From assembly GCA_046760505.1 (NCBI GenBank), contig JBHIEG010000014.1, positions 1 through 49,821 on the forward strand: a DNA stretch of 49,821 bases, written 5' to 3'. Shown piece by piece: positions 17,199 to 26,512 of the stretch. This DNA comes from Candidatus Hydrothermarchaeota archaeon (GTDB taxonomy: Archaea; CAYFZR01). Position 1 is the stretch's first letter, and every line of letters begins with the position of its first letter. A program made the translations under genes and the position numbers. The notes under the pieces were generated by a model. That model ran no database searches. It was not told where the DNA came from and saw nothing but the letters and a program-made list of their open reading frames with translations.

Positions 17199-17312
17199 AT
17201 GCTACCCGAATGGTTATCTGGAGATGTTCTAACAGGAATAGGGACTACGATTGGATTCTTCGTTTTTTTAGTGATAGGAAGGGAACTAAGGTTGAGAAAA
17301 ATGAGGAGATAA
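17199..17312 (+). CDS. 37-aa single-TM protein, not in the ORF track
   Basis: MLPEWLSGDVLTGIGTTIGFFVFLVIGRELRLRKMRR; 1 nt from the cbiN stop and 1 nt from the cbiQ start. Confidence 0.75.
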   Translation: MLPEWLSGDVLTGIGTTIGFFVFLVIGRELRLRKMRR

Positions 17313-17313
17313 G

Positions 17314-18072
17314 ATGTATGAATTGAGATTTTCATATGTAGAGGGAGACTCCATCCTTCATAGGCTGGAGGAGCGCGTAAAAACCATATGTGCTTTTACC
17401 ATTATCTTAGGCATAACCCTGCTTAAGAATTTTTATACCGTTTTCTCAATACTCGTAATCTCGTTTCTCTTAATGATTTATGTGAAAGCACCCGTATCAG
17501 TTATTTTGAAAAGATTTCGCTATCCTTTTTTTATTGCATCATTCATTATGCTAATACAGTTCTTTACCTATGGATCCAGTGAATTGGTGACTCTGGGCTT
17601 TTTAAGGATTTATGAAGAAGGTCTTTCATTCGGCATACTTCTTTTCCTTCGGATAATGGCAGCAGTCTCTGTTCTTAACCTTTTGATATTGGTAACTCCT
17701 GTTAATAAAATTTTAGGCTCTCTTAAATGGTTTAGGGTTCCAAAGATATTATTAGACATATCAATGCTAATGTTGAGGTATATATTTGTCCTTTCTGAAG
17801 AAAGCACGAGAATATATTATGCACAGCAGTCTAGAGGTGGATACACAGGTAACTACAGGAAAAAGATAGAAAATTTTGGTGTTTTAGGAGGCATGGTTAT
17901 ACTTAGATCGCTAGATAGAGTCACGAATGTCTACAAGGCGATGATTTCGAGAGGATACAACGAAAACATAGGATATTATTCCGAGAGCAATCTATCAAAA
18001 AGAGATCTCCTTTTAGGTATTTCGATCGTTCTTTTGATGATTTTTTTCGTTACACTAGAATATACTCTATAG
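17314..18072 (+). CDS. cbiQ: Cobalt ECF transporter T component
   Basis: SILHRLE, MLRYIFVL, AQQSRG, AMISRGY. Confidence 0.95.
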   Translation: MYELRFSYVEGDSILHRLEERVKTICAFTIILGITLLKNFYTVFSILVISFLLMIYVKAPVSVILKRFRYPFFIASFIMLIQFFTYGSSELVTLGFLRIYEEGLSFGILLFLRIMAAVSVLNLLILVTPVNKILGSLKWFRVPKILLDISMLMLRYIFVLSEESTRIYYAQQSRGGYTGNYRKKIENFGVLGGMVILRSLDRVTNVYKAMISRGYNENIGYYSESNLSKRDLLLGISIVLLMIFFVTLEYTL

Positions 18073-18083
18073 AAAGTGATGAT

Positions 18084-18896
18084 ATGATTCGAGTTAATAA
18101 CATATCCTACAGGTACCCTGACGGAACCCAAGCATTGAAGAATGTTAGTATTTATGCAGAAAAAGGAGAATGCATTGCCATTCTCGGCCCAAATGGCTCC
18201 GGAAAGACTACACTACTACATCACTTAAATGGTCTTTTGTCTCCCATATCTGGTGAGATTTATATAAATGGGGAAAGAATAGAGGGCAAAAATCTAGATA
18301 AAATAAGGAGAAAGGTTGGTTTACTGTTCCAGAATCCCGATGATCAGTTGTTTGCTCCAACAGTAAGAGAGGACGTTGCATTTGGTCCAAAGAATCTGGA
18401 ACTAGAAAGAGATGAAATAAAAAAAAGGGTTGAAAAGAGTTTAAGGCTTGTCCACATTGAACATCTTGGAAACAAGCCAATAAATAGTTTAAGCTATGGA
18501 GAAAAGAAAAGAGTTGCTATAGCAGGAGTTTTAGCAATGAATCCTGATATTCTTGTTTTTGACGAGCCTATCTCTGCTTTAGACCCAGTAATGTCTTCCG
18601 AAATGATAGAATTGATCTTAAAGTTGAAGAAAGAGTTGAAAGTTACTTTGGTAATAGCTACCCATGACGTAGATTTCGTTCCGCTGTGTGCTGATCGCAT
18701 ATATGTATTGAACAAAGGTGAAATAGTGGCTGAAGGTACTCCAAAGGAAGTTTTCAGAAACAAAGAAGTAATTACTCACTGTGGTCTAAGACTTCCAATT
18801 ATATCTCAACTCTTTGAATCAATTAACAGTGGAGAAATTCCTTTAACCATAGAAGAAGCAAAAAATTTGCTAAGGGATATGAAATGGAAGGCATAG
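18084..18896 (+). CDS. cbiO: Cobalt ECF transporter ATPase
   Basis: GPNGSGKT, FQNPDDQLF, LSYGEKKRVAIAG. Confidence 0.95.
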   Translation: MIRVNNISYRYPDGTQALKNVSIYAEKGECIAILGPNGSGKTTLLHHLNGLLSPISGEIYINGERIEGKNLDKIRRKVGLLFQNPDDQLFAPTVREDVAFGPKNLELERDEIKKRVEKSLRLVHIEHLGNKPINSLSYGEKKRVAIAGVLAMNPDILVFDEPISALDPVMSSEMIELILKLKKELKVTLVIATHDVDFVPLCADRIYVLNKGEIVAEGTPKEVFRNKEVITHCGLRLPIISQLFESINSGEIPLTIEEAKNLLRDMKWKA

Positions 18897-19270
18897 TAAT
18901 CGTTGCTCATGGTAGTAGAGTTCCTGAGAGCAAGAATGTCTATGAAGAGATAGCAAAGAAGGTGAGAAATAAAATCAATGCTGAGGTAGAAATCGGATAC
19001 ATGACTCATCTAAAACCAACTCCTGTGGAGGCAATTAACTCACTCGTAGAGAGGGGTTTTAAGAAAATAGTGGTGATTCCCTTGTTCATTTCTCCCGGCA
19101 TTCATGTTATTGAAGATATTCCGAATTTAATCGGCATATCCGATGAAGAGAAATTAAAGTTACCAGGAGACGTGGAAATTTATTATGAAAGGAACATCGG
19201 AGATGATGATAGACTGGTTGAAATTCTGGTTGATAGAGCTAAAGAGGGATTAAATGCGCTCAAAAGATAA
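18884..19270 (+). CDS. cbiX: Sirohydrochlorin cobaltochelatase, short archaeal form
   Basis: HGSR, PLFISPGIHVIEDIP; 128 aa; cbi operon context. Confidence 0.9.
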   Translation: MEGIVIVAHGSRVPESKNVYEEIAKKVRNKINAEVEIGYMTHLKPTPVEAINSLVERGFKKIVVIPLFISPGIHVIEDIPNLIGISDEEKLKLPGDVEIYYERNIGDDDRLVEILVDRAKEGLNALKR

Positions 19271-19883
19271 AATAGAAGGAGATAAAATAGAAGAAGAAAG
19301 TCTGAAAATAATCAGAAACAAGCTTGATGGTTTCCCCTATCCTGAGAGGGAGGTTATAGCTAGAGCAATTCATGCCACCGCTGATTTTGATTTCGCCAAT
19401 CTGTTAATTTTCAAGAATGATCCTATAAAAAAGGGCGTTAAAATGATAAGAGAAGGTAAAGATGTGGTTACAGATGTTAACATGGTAAGATCAGGCATAA
19501 ATCACAGATCTTTATCTAAATTCGGCGGTAACGTTAAGTGTTTTATAGACGATGAAAATGTTTTTAGACTTTCAGAAAAAGAGGGTATTACCAGATCTTC
19601 CGCATCCTTTCGCCTTTTCAAGGAAGAAATAGAGGATACCATAGTAGTTGTTGGAATCGCCCCCACCGCTATATTTGAACTATGCGATCTAATTGAAGAA
19701 GGGATCAAGCCAGGAATCATTATTGCTACTGCTTTAGGTTTTGTCGGAGCTAAAGAATCAAAAGAAAAAATCTTAGAGTACGATATCCCGAGTATAGTAG
19801 TCAGGGGACATAAAGGAGGAAGCCCAGTAGCAGTAGCGATAGCAAACTCATTAATTAGACTTGCTGAATCAGGCTGGCAGTAA
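19254..19883 (+). CDS. cbiC: Cobalt-precorrin-8 methylmutase
   Basis: IEEESL, RAIHATADF, GFVGAKESK, GHKGGS. Confidence 0.95.
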   Translation: MRSKDKIEGDKIEEESLKIIRNKLDGFPYPEREVIARAIHATADFDFANLLIFKNDPIKKGVKMIREGKDVVTDVNMVRSGINHRSLSKFGGNVKCFIDDENVFRLSEKEGITRSSASFRLFKEEIEDTIVVVGIAPTAIFELCDLIEEGIKPGIIIATALGFVGAKESKEKILEYDIPSIVVRGHKGGSPVAVAIANSLIRLAESGWQ

Positions 19884-19884
19884 A

Positions 19885-21006
19885 ATGATTAAATATATTG
19901 AGAAAAATGGACAATTGTTGAGAATGGGTTTTACAACGGGCACGTGCGCCGCTGCAGCAGCAAAAGCAGCTGTTAAAATGCTTTTCTCCGGAAGGGAAAT
20001 AAAGAAAGTAGAAATAACTCTGCCCATAAATGAGAAGGTTGAGCTGGATATAGTGGATTTTAGAATGAATGATGAAGAAGTCTCTTGCTGCATAAAAAAA
20101 GATGCAGGAGACGATCCTGATGTAACAGATGGAGCTAAGATATGTGCTAAGGCTAAAAAATCTGGCTTTAATGGAATAAAGATTAAGGGCGGTGATGGAG
20201 TAGGAAGAGTAACGAAGAAAGGATTGCCGGTAAAAGTTGGGGAATGCGCTATAAATCCAGTACCTAGGGAAATGATTGTGAAAGGAGTAAGAGAAGTATT
20301 GCCAAAGAATGAAGGAGTTGAGATAGAGATTTTTGTTCCGGGTGGGAAGGAGTTGGCTAAAAAAACAATGAACGAAAAACTTGGAATCATAGGTGGAATC
20401 TCAATACTGGGTACCACAGGCATTGTTGAGCCTAAATCTTTAGATGCCTTCAAAAATTCATTGACCTTACAGATAGATGTTGCAAACTCAGCCGGAATAA
20501 AAGAGGTGGTTTTGACCCCTGGAAGGTTTGGTGAGAAAAGAGCGATGAGAAAAGGCATTCCAGAGGATGCCATCGTACAGACAGGTAACTTCATAGGTTT
20601 TATGCTAAAGGAATGCGTTAGAAAAGGGATGAAAAAAGGTCTTTTGTTCGGACACATAGGCAAGTTGGTTAAGGTCTCAGCAGGGATATTCGATACTCAT
20701 AGTAGTGTAGCGGATGCCAGAATGGAGACTATGGCTGCTTATGCATCGTTGTGTGGAGCAAGCAGGGATATTGTTAACGATATACTAAACTCAAATACCA
20801 CGGAAACCGCCTTGGATATTCTCAAACAAAATGGATTGACTCAAGTCTTCGATATTTTGGCTGAAAGAGCAAGCCTCAGAGCCATGGATTACGTGGATGG
20901 AGAGATGAAGATAGGTACTATCATGATATCAAAGGAAGGTATCGTGGTTGGTAGCGACAAAAATGCAGGAAGATCGAAATGGGCAAAATATTTGTTGTGG
21001 GAGTAG
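19885..21006 (+). CDS. cbiD: Cobalt-precorrin-5B C1-methyltransferase
   Basis: GFTTGTCAAAAA, KDAGDDPDVT, GGISILGTTGIV, GHIGKLVK. Confidence 0.97.
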   Translation: MIKYIEKNGQLLRMGFTTGTCAAAAAKAAVKMLFSGREIKKVEITLPINEKVELDIVDFRMNDEEVSCCIKKDAGDDPDVTDGAKICAKAKKSGFNGIKIKGGDGVGRVTKKGLPVKVGECAINPVPREMIVKGVREVLPKNEGVEIEIFVPGGKELAKKTMNEKLGIIGGISILGTTGIVEPKSLDAFKNSLTLQIDVANSAGIKEVVLTPGRFGEKRAMRKGIPEDAIVQTGNFIGFMLKECVRKGMKKGLLFGHIGKLVKVSAGIFDTHSSVADARMETMAAYASLCGASRDIVNDILNSNTTETALDILKQNGLTQVFDILAERASLRAMDYVDGEMKIGTIMISKEGIVVGSDKNAGRSKWAKYLLWE

Positions 21007-21590
21007 GTCCCGGGTCAGATGAGTTCTTGACTCCCTGTGCAAGAAAAATAATAGATAAGGCAGACATCTTAGTTGGTGGGAATAAAATACTGTCTTCATT
21101 TAAGAATAAGAGAAAAAAGGTAATAGATAAGGATCTTGAAGAAATCATAGGATTTATAGGTGAACATAAAGAAAAGAATATCGCAGTCTTAACTTCTGGA
21201 GATCCTGGTTTTTACAGCATCCTCGCATTGATTTTGAAAAAATTTCCGAAAGAAGAAATCGAAGTGATCCCGGGCATAAGCTCTATGCAGCTCTGCTTTG
21301 CAAAAATAAAAGAAATTTGGCATGATGCAAAGTTTATCAGTTTACATGGGAGAAATATGGATATATTGGTTGAAGAAATAAAAGATCATCCTAAGATAGC
21401 CATCCTGACAGACCCATCTAATCCTCCCAACAAGATTGCAGAACTATTAATTCAGAACAATATACCATGCGAAAAAATTGCGGTATGTGAGAATTTATCT
21501 TTATCTTCAGAAAAAGTCATTCTAACAAGCGTTGAGGAGGTTTTCAGAAAAAAATTTTCAGGAAACTGTGTTGTGGTGATATTCAGATGA
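20979..21590 (+). CDS. cbiE: Cobalt-precorrin-7 C5-methyltransferase
   Basis: VVGVGPG, SGDPGFY, IPGISSMQ, SLHGR, ENLS. Confidence 0.93.
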   Translation: MGKIFVVGVGPGSDEFLTPCARKIIDKADILVGGNKILSSFKNKRKKVIDKDLEEIIGFIGEHKEKNIAVLTSGDPGFYSILALILKKFPKEEIEVIPGISSMQLCFAKIKEIWHDAKFISLHGRNMDILVEEIKDHPKIAILTDPSNPPNKIAELLIQNNIPCEKIAVCENLSLSSEKVILTSVEEVFRKKFSGNCVVVIFR

Positions 21591-22180
21591 AATGGAAATT
21601 CGTTGTTCCGGGAATACCAGAGGAATACTTCATATCGGAAGGAAATTCAATGACAAAGGAAGAGATAAGAACGATAACCCTCTCCAAGTCAAGGATCAAA
21701 GAAGAAAGCACGGTCTACGATATAGGCGCAGGAAACGGATGTATATCCATTGAGGCTGCGTTGTTGGCAAAGAGAGGGAAGATTTTTTCAATCGAAAAAA
21801 AACCAAGCAGAATAGAGATAATTAAAGCGAACGCTAAGAGATTTAATGTAAAGAATATGGAGGTTATAGAGGGAGAAGCTCCATATGCCTTAGAAAATTT
21901 ACCTGAAGCTGACAGGATAATAATAGGTGGAACAGGGGGGAAACTGAGAGAAATTTTATTCAAATGTAATGAAAAGCTGAAGGACGAAGGAATCGTAGTA
22001 ATAAATGCGGTAACGATAGATACATTAAAAGATGCGGTTTCATCCTTGGAAGATCTAAAATTTAACTTCAATATCACACAGGTTTCTATAAATAGAGCCG
22101 AAAAAATAGGTAAAAATAAAATAATGAAGGCATTGAATCCTGTTTGGATTATTGATGCCAGAAAGGAGGAAAAAGATTGA
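21587..22180 (+). CDS. cbiT: Cobalt-precorrin-6B C15-methyltransferase (decarboxylating)
   Basis: MTKEEIR, DIGAGNG, IIGGTGG, ALNPV. Confidence 0.95.
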   Translation: MKWKFVVPGIPEEYFISEGNSMTKEEIRTITLSKSRIKEESTVYDIGAGNGCISIEAALLAKRGKIFSIEKKPSRIEIIKANAKRFNVKNMEVIEGEAPYALENLPEADRIIIGGTGGKLREILFKCNEKLKDEGIVVINAVTIDTLKDAVSSLEDLKFNFNITQVSINRAEKIGKNKIMKALNPVWIIDARKEEKD

Positions 22181-22881
22181 GACTCGGAAAATTATACGGT
22201 ATTGGAGTAGGCCCAGGGGATCCTGAACTCATAACTATGAAGGCCATTAAAATTTTAAAAGAGGTTGATGTGGTTTTAACTCCTAAATCAGGAGAGAATA
22301 AAGATAGCATGGCATTCTCTATCGTGAAAAAAATATTAAGTAAGGATTTCAAAATCATAGATCCTGTTTTTCCAATGATTAAAGATGAAGAGATCCTTGA
22401 AAAACACTGGAATAATACTGTGGACTTGATCTTTTCTGAACTAAAGGAAGGAAAGAACGTTGCATTCATAACAATTGGAGATCCATTGTTTTACAGTACA
22501 TATTCATACGTAGTAAGAAAAATGAAAGAAAGGTATCCAGAGGTAGAAATAGAGACCGTTCCGGGTATAACTTCTCTTTCGGCATGTTTAGCCGAATTGA
22601 ACATTCCTTTAGGAGAGAAAGATGAGAGAATAGGCATATTTCCTGCCAGTTATGGCTTAGAGAAGTTAGAAGAACTTGCTAATATATTTGATTCCCTAGT
22701 ACTGATGAAGGTATCTAAAAATTTTGACGAGATAGTAAGGACATTAGAAAAAACAGGTCTCAAAAATAAGTCAATATTTGTTAGCAGATGCGGTAGTGAA
22801 GACTTTGTCTCATCCGACCTCGACTCTATGGTTGGTAAGGAAATAGATTACTTCTCTATGATAATAATAAAAGGAAAATAA
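22177..22881 (+). CDS. cbiL: Cobalt-factor II C20-methyltransferase
   Basis: LYGIGVGPGDPELIT, FPM, GDPLFYSTY, VLMK. Confidence 0.95.
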   Translation: MRLGKLYGIGVGPGDPELITMKAIKILKEVDVVLTPKSGENKDSMAFSIVKKILSKDFKIIDPVFPMIKDEEILEKHWNNTVDLIFSELKEGKNVAFITIGDPLFYSTYSYVVRKMKERYPEVEIETVPGITSLSACLAELNIPLGEKDERIGIFPASYGLEKLEELANIFDSLVLMKVSKNFDEIVRTLEKTGLKNKSIFVSRCGSEDFVSSDLDSMVGKEIDYFSMIIIKGK

Positions 22882-22897
22882 AATAAAAGGGATAGGG

Positions 22898-23650
22898 ATG
22901 AAGGTTTATTTTATCGGCGCAGGCCCGGGAGATCCTGATCTCTTAACAATCAAGGCTAAAAAGGTCATTGAGGAATCAGACGTAATAATATATGCTGGCT
23001 CATTGATAAATCCGGAGATACTTAAGTACGCAAAAAAAGATGCGGATTTATTTGATAGTTCTGGCATGACGCTTGAAGAAATAAAAGAAGTTATCTATGA
23101 AGCTGTAAATAATAAAAAAACGGTTGCTAGGATACACAGTGGAGATCCAAGTATATACGGTGCAATTCAAGAACAGATTGACTTCTTGGAAGAAAAAAAA
23201 ATTGAGTTTGAAATCATCCCTGGAGTGAGTTCTTTTCTTTCCGCAGCAGCTTCTTTAAAAAGAGAGTACACAATCCCAGAGGTCTCCCAAACACTTATTA
23301 TAACAAGAATTTCAGGAAGGACAAAAGTTCCTGAAAAAGAAAGTTTGAGGGAACTATCGAGACATAAAGCGAGCATGTGCATCTTTCTAAGTGCCCATAT
23401 GATTGACGAAGTGGTAAATGAACTCATAAATTTCTACGATGAAAATACTCCAGTTGCGGTAGTTTATAAGGCTTCTTTACCAGATGAAAAGATAGTCCAT
23501 GGTAACTTAGGAAATATAGCAGAAAAGGTAAAAAATGAGCGTATAGAAAGAAAGGCATTGATTTTGGTTGGAGATTTTTTAATGTCTAAGGGAAAGAGAT
23601 CAAAACTCTATGATAAAGATTTTACCCACAGTTTCAGGGATAATAAATGA
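22898..23650 (+). CDS. cbiF: Cobalt-precorrin-4 C11-methyltransferase
   Basis: GAGPGDPDL, YAGSL, RIHSGDPSIYGAIQEQ, SKLYD..FTH. Confidence 0.97.
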   Translation: MKVYFIGAGPGDPDLLTIKAKKVIEESDVIIYAGSLINPEILKYAKKDADLFDSSGMTLEEIKEVIYEAVNNKKTVARIHSGDPSIYGAIQEQIDFLEEKKIEFEIIPGVSSFLSAAASLKREYTIPEVSQTLIITRISGRTKVPEKESLRELSRHKASMCIFLSAHMIDEVVNELINFYDENTPVAVVYKASLPDEKIVHGNLGNIAEKVKNERIERKALILVGDFLMSKGKRSKLYDKDFTHSFRDNK

Positions 23651-25452
23651 AAATAGCCATTATAACCCTTACAAAAGATGGCATGGATCTTGGGAGGAAA
23701 ATATCTAAGGCATTGAGAGAACATGAAACGAATTTATTTGTAAACAAGAGATTCCAAAATGATGAAGCAAGAGCCATTGAGACTCCACTTAGCGAATTTT
23801 TAGGGAAAATTTTCCCGGATTATGATGCTCTGGTTTTCGTTATGGCACTGGGAATCGTTGTAAGAGTGATTTCAAACCATATAAAAAATAAAAGGACAGA
23901 TCCCTCTATAGTGGTGGTTGATGAAAAAGGTCAGTTCGCCATAAGTCTCCTGTCTGGGCATCATGGGGCAAATGAACTTGCAAGATTGATAGCTAAGAGA
24001 ATTAATGCCAAAGAAGTAATTACAACTGCTTCGGAGATTAAAAAAAAGCCATCTGTAGAATCAATTGCAAAAAGGTTTAATCTAGTAGCTTCTGATGTGA
24101 AGGATTCAAAGCTTGTAAATTCATCGATTTTAAACGATGAAATGGTAGGAATATTTACAGAATTTGAAATAGACCTTGATTTATCTGAAAACATTGTTTT
24201 AAATGATTTAACAGACTTAGAATCAAAAAAAGACAATTTTGAGTCCTTTATATTTATAACAAATAAAGCAATAGAAAAATTAGATAAACTAGAAAAACCA
24301 CTCGTAATTCTAAGGCCTAGGAACCTTTTGGCTGGAATCGGGTTTAAGAAAGGGACCAGTAAAGAAGATATACTGGAAGCAATAAGGTACTCTTTCCTAA
24401 AAGCAGGACTCAGCATCGAAAGTTTGAAGGCTATAGCGACACTAGATTTTAAAGCGAATGAAGATTGTATCCTCGAAGCTGCGAGAGAATTAAACACTCA
24501 TGTCTTGGGAATCAGTATAGAGGAAGTTAAAAGAGTTGAGAGAAATTATGAAATCTCTGAGCATGTAAGAGAAAAAATTGGAGTGGGAGCCGTAAGTGAG
24601 CCAATTGCAGTAATTGCCGGAAATAACGCAAATTTGATCCAAAGAAAAGTTAAATTTAAAGGAGTTACGGTAGCAATTGCAGAGGAGAAAATAATGGAGA
24701 AAGGAACCATATTTCTAGTGGGAATCGGCCCGGGAAGCAAAGATCATATGACCTTTAGAGCGTATGATGCCATAAAGGGCGCAGACGTTGTAATAGGTTA
24801 TGATAGATATTTGGAATTAATCAAGGATTTAACATCAGGAAAAGAAGTTATTTCAAAAGGTATGAGAAAAGAGGTTGAGAGAGCAAAAATCGCTGTTGAT
24901 AAAGCTTTGATGGGTAAAAAAGTTGTTCTTGTGAGCGGAGGAGATCCAGGGATATATGGAATGGCTAGCGTTTTATTTGAATACTTAGAAGAAAGGAGCA
25001 TTGATCTTCACGTTGAAGTAGTTCCCGGAGTAACAGCTGCAATTGCTGCATCAGCATGTTTAGGCTCTCCTTTAAGCCATGATTTTGCCGTAATAAGTTT
25101 AAGCGATTTCTTGACCCCGTGGAAAATTATTGAAAAAAGGTTGGAAAGCGCTGCCAAGGCAGATTTTATAATTGTTCTATATAATCCGAAAAGTAAAGAA
25201 AGAGAATGGCAAATTGAAAGAGCAATTAATATCTTAATGAAATATAAAAAACCTGAAACTCCAGTAGGAATTGTAAAAAAAGCAATGAGAGAGAATGAAG
25301 AGATTAAAATAACAACATTGAAAGAAATGTTAACTCATGAAATTGATATGCAAACCACGATCATCATAGGCAATTCAGAAACATTCGCATTCAATGATAG
25401 GATTATAACGCCAAGAGGTTATCGCTCAAAATACGATTTTAAGAGTAAATAA
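23647..25452 (+). CDS. cbiGH: Fused CbiG (cobalt-precorrin-5A hydrolase) and CbiH (C17-methyltransferase)
   Basis: N-half MALGIVVR, DP, LLSGHHGAN, VITTAS, AVSE; C-half GIGPG, SGGDPGIYGMA, HDFAVISLSD, YNPKS, TPRGY. Confidence 0.95.
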   Translation: MKIAIITLTKDGMDLGRKISKALREHETNLFVNKRFQNDEARAIETPLSEFLGKIFPDYDALVFVMALGIVVRVISNHIKNKRTDPSIVVVDEKGQFAISLLSGHHGANELARLIAKRINAKEVITTASEIKKKPSVESIAKRFNLVASDVKDSKLVNSSILNDEMVGIFTEFEIDLDLSENIVLNDLTDLESKKDNFESFIFITNKAIEKLDKLEKPLVILRPRNLLAGIGFKKGTSKEDILEAIRYSFLKAGLSIESLKAIATLDFKANEDCILEAARELNTHVLGISIEEVKRVERNYEISEHVREKIGVGAVSEPIAVIAGNNANLIQRKVKFKGVTVAIAEEKIMEKGTIFLVGIGPGSKDHMTFRAYDAIKGADVVIGYDRYLELIKDLTSGKEVISKGMRKEVERAKIAVDKALMGKKVVLVSGGDPGIYGMASVLFEYLEERSIDLHVEVVPGVTAAIAASACLGSPLSHDFAVISLSDFLTPWKIIEKRLESAAKADFIIVLYNPKSKEREWQIERAINILMKYKKPETPVGIVKKAMRENEEIKITTLKEMLTHEIDMQTTIIIGNSETFAFNDRIITPRGYRSKYDFKSK

Positions 25453-25576
25453 ACTTTATAACGTCAACAAATTTTAATAGAGCAAATCCAGAGTATTATA
25501 ATTCGCGTGCCATAATCATGTCTCATAATTGCAAGTGACAAAAAGAGTCAAAGGTTTTCAATAGATTTGGAGATTA

Positions 25577-26218
25577 CTATTTTTTCAAATTCAGATGCTT
25601 TATTGTTGGAACTAGATCTTCGATATCATCTAGGAAAATGTCCGCATTTTTAATGACATTGATGTTTTCTGTGTTTACGGCAATTCCATAGGCACATCTT
25701 TTGAAAAGAGGAATTCCATTTGTTCCATCATCTACATGTATGACTTCATTATAAGAAACACCCTTATCTTTGACCATTCTTTCAAAAAGTTCTGTTTTTG
25801 TTGTTATATCAATATTAAATAATATTCCGTTAACAAAATTGCTTTTTGTTCCGCAATAGACGTCTACTTCTAAATCTTTCGTCACGTGATTCACGTATAG
25901 ATCAAAACCTCCGGTAACAATGGCAACATCTAAATTTAGATCTTTTAATGTATTTATGGCATTATAAAATTTACCATCTAATTCTATATCGTTTATTATA
26001 TCTAAAAAAATATCCTTTTTGACTCCGTGCCATAGACCGTAACTTTTTTTCATAAATTCGTATTCAGACAGGGTTCCAGAATTGTATTTATTCACAAGAC
26101 TTTTTATTTCTTCAGTTTTTCCGATTTTTTCATCTACACGGCTGTAGAAGATTTCCCAACTGTTTTTTATCAGCGTACCATCTAAATCGAGCGATATTAA
26201 TTTTATGTCAGAATTCAT
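25577..26218 (-). CDS. HAD-IB phosphatase (SerB-like) with atypical motif IV
   Basis: LDLDGTL, VTGGF, K, VDDGTNG. Confidence 0.8.
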   Translation of the reverse strand: MNSDIKLISLDLDGTLIKNSWEIFYSRVDEKIGKTEEIKSLVNKYNSGTLSEYEFMKKSYGLWHGVKKDIFLDIINDIELDGKFYNAINTLKDLNLDVAIVTGGFDLYVNHVTKDLEVDVYCGTKSNFVNGILFNIDITTKTELFERMVKDKGVSYNEVIHVDDGTNGIPLFKRCAYGIAVNTENINVIKNADIFLDDIEDLVPTIKHLNLKK

Positions 26219-26259
26219 GAAAACGTGTTTAATGTATTCGCCTATATATTTTTTCAGGT

Positions 26260-26511
26260 GTGAATGCCATGATACTAGAGGAAGAACTCAGGTATGAGAT
26301 AGATAAGTGGCTAAACAAAGCTGAATCTCTGATTCCAAGGATTAGGCCACTAGAAAGCAAAGGAAAGGATTTCCTAACAAACATAAATGCGTACATAAAG
26401 GATTCAAGATATTTTCTGGAAAAGAAAGATCTTATAAGATCTTTTGAGGCAATTATCTGGGCTTGGGCTTGGTGCGAGATAGGAAAGGAGATAGGCATCC
26501 TGGATTACTGA
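26260..26511 (+). CDS. DUF357-family protein
   Basis: AYIKDSRYFLEK.D..SFEAIIWAWAW..G pattern; start may be ATG 26269. Confidence 0.85.
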   Translation: MNAMILEEELRYEIDKWLNKAESLIPRIRPLESKGKDFLTNINAYIKDSRYFLEKKDLIRSFEAIIWAWAWCEIGKEIGILDY

Positions 26512-26512
26512 T

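Noticed and set aside
18884-19270. CfbA nickel chelatase (coenzyme F430, implying methanogenesis)
   Set aside because: Same family as short CbiX, but embedded in a cobalt/cbi operon with no cfb genes nearby
19869-20663. 264-aa antisense ORF, plus similar shadows (43263-43928, 23961-24497, 5541-6047, 3615-4121, 36395-36871, 1966-2334)
   Set aside because: They lie opposite well-supported genes, have Ser/Phe/Ile-rich shadow composition and show no motifs
25484-25492. AAATCCAGA present both before (16167-16175) and after the cbi operon, as a possible insertion direct repeat
   Set aside because: Only 9 bp in AT-rich DNA and no mobility gene; plausible by chance
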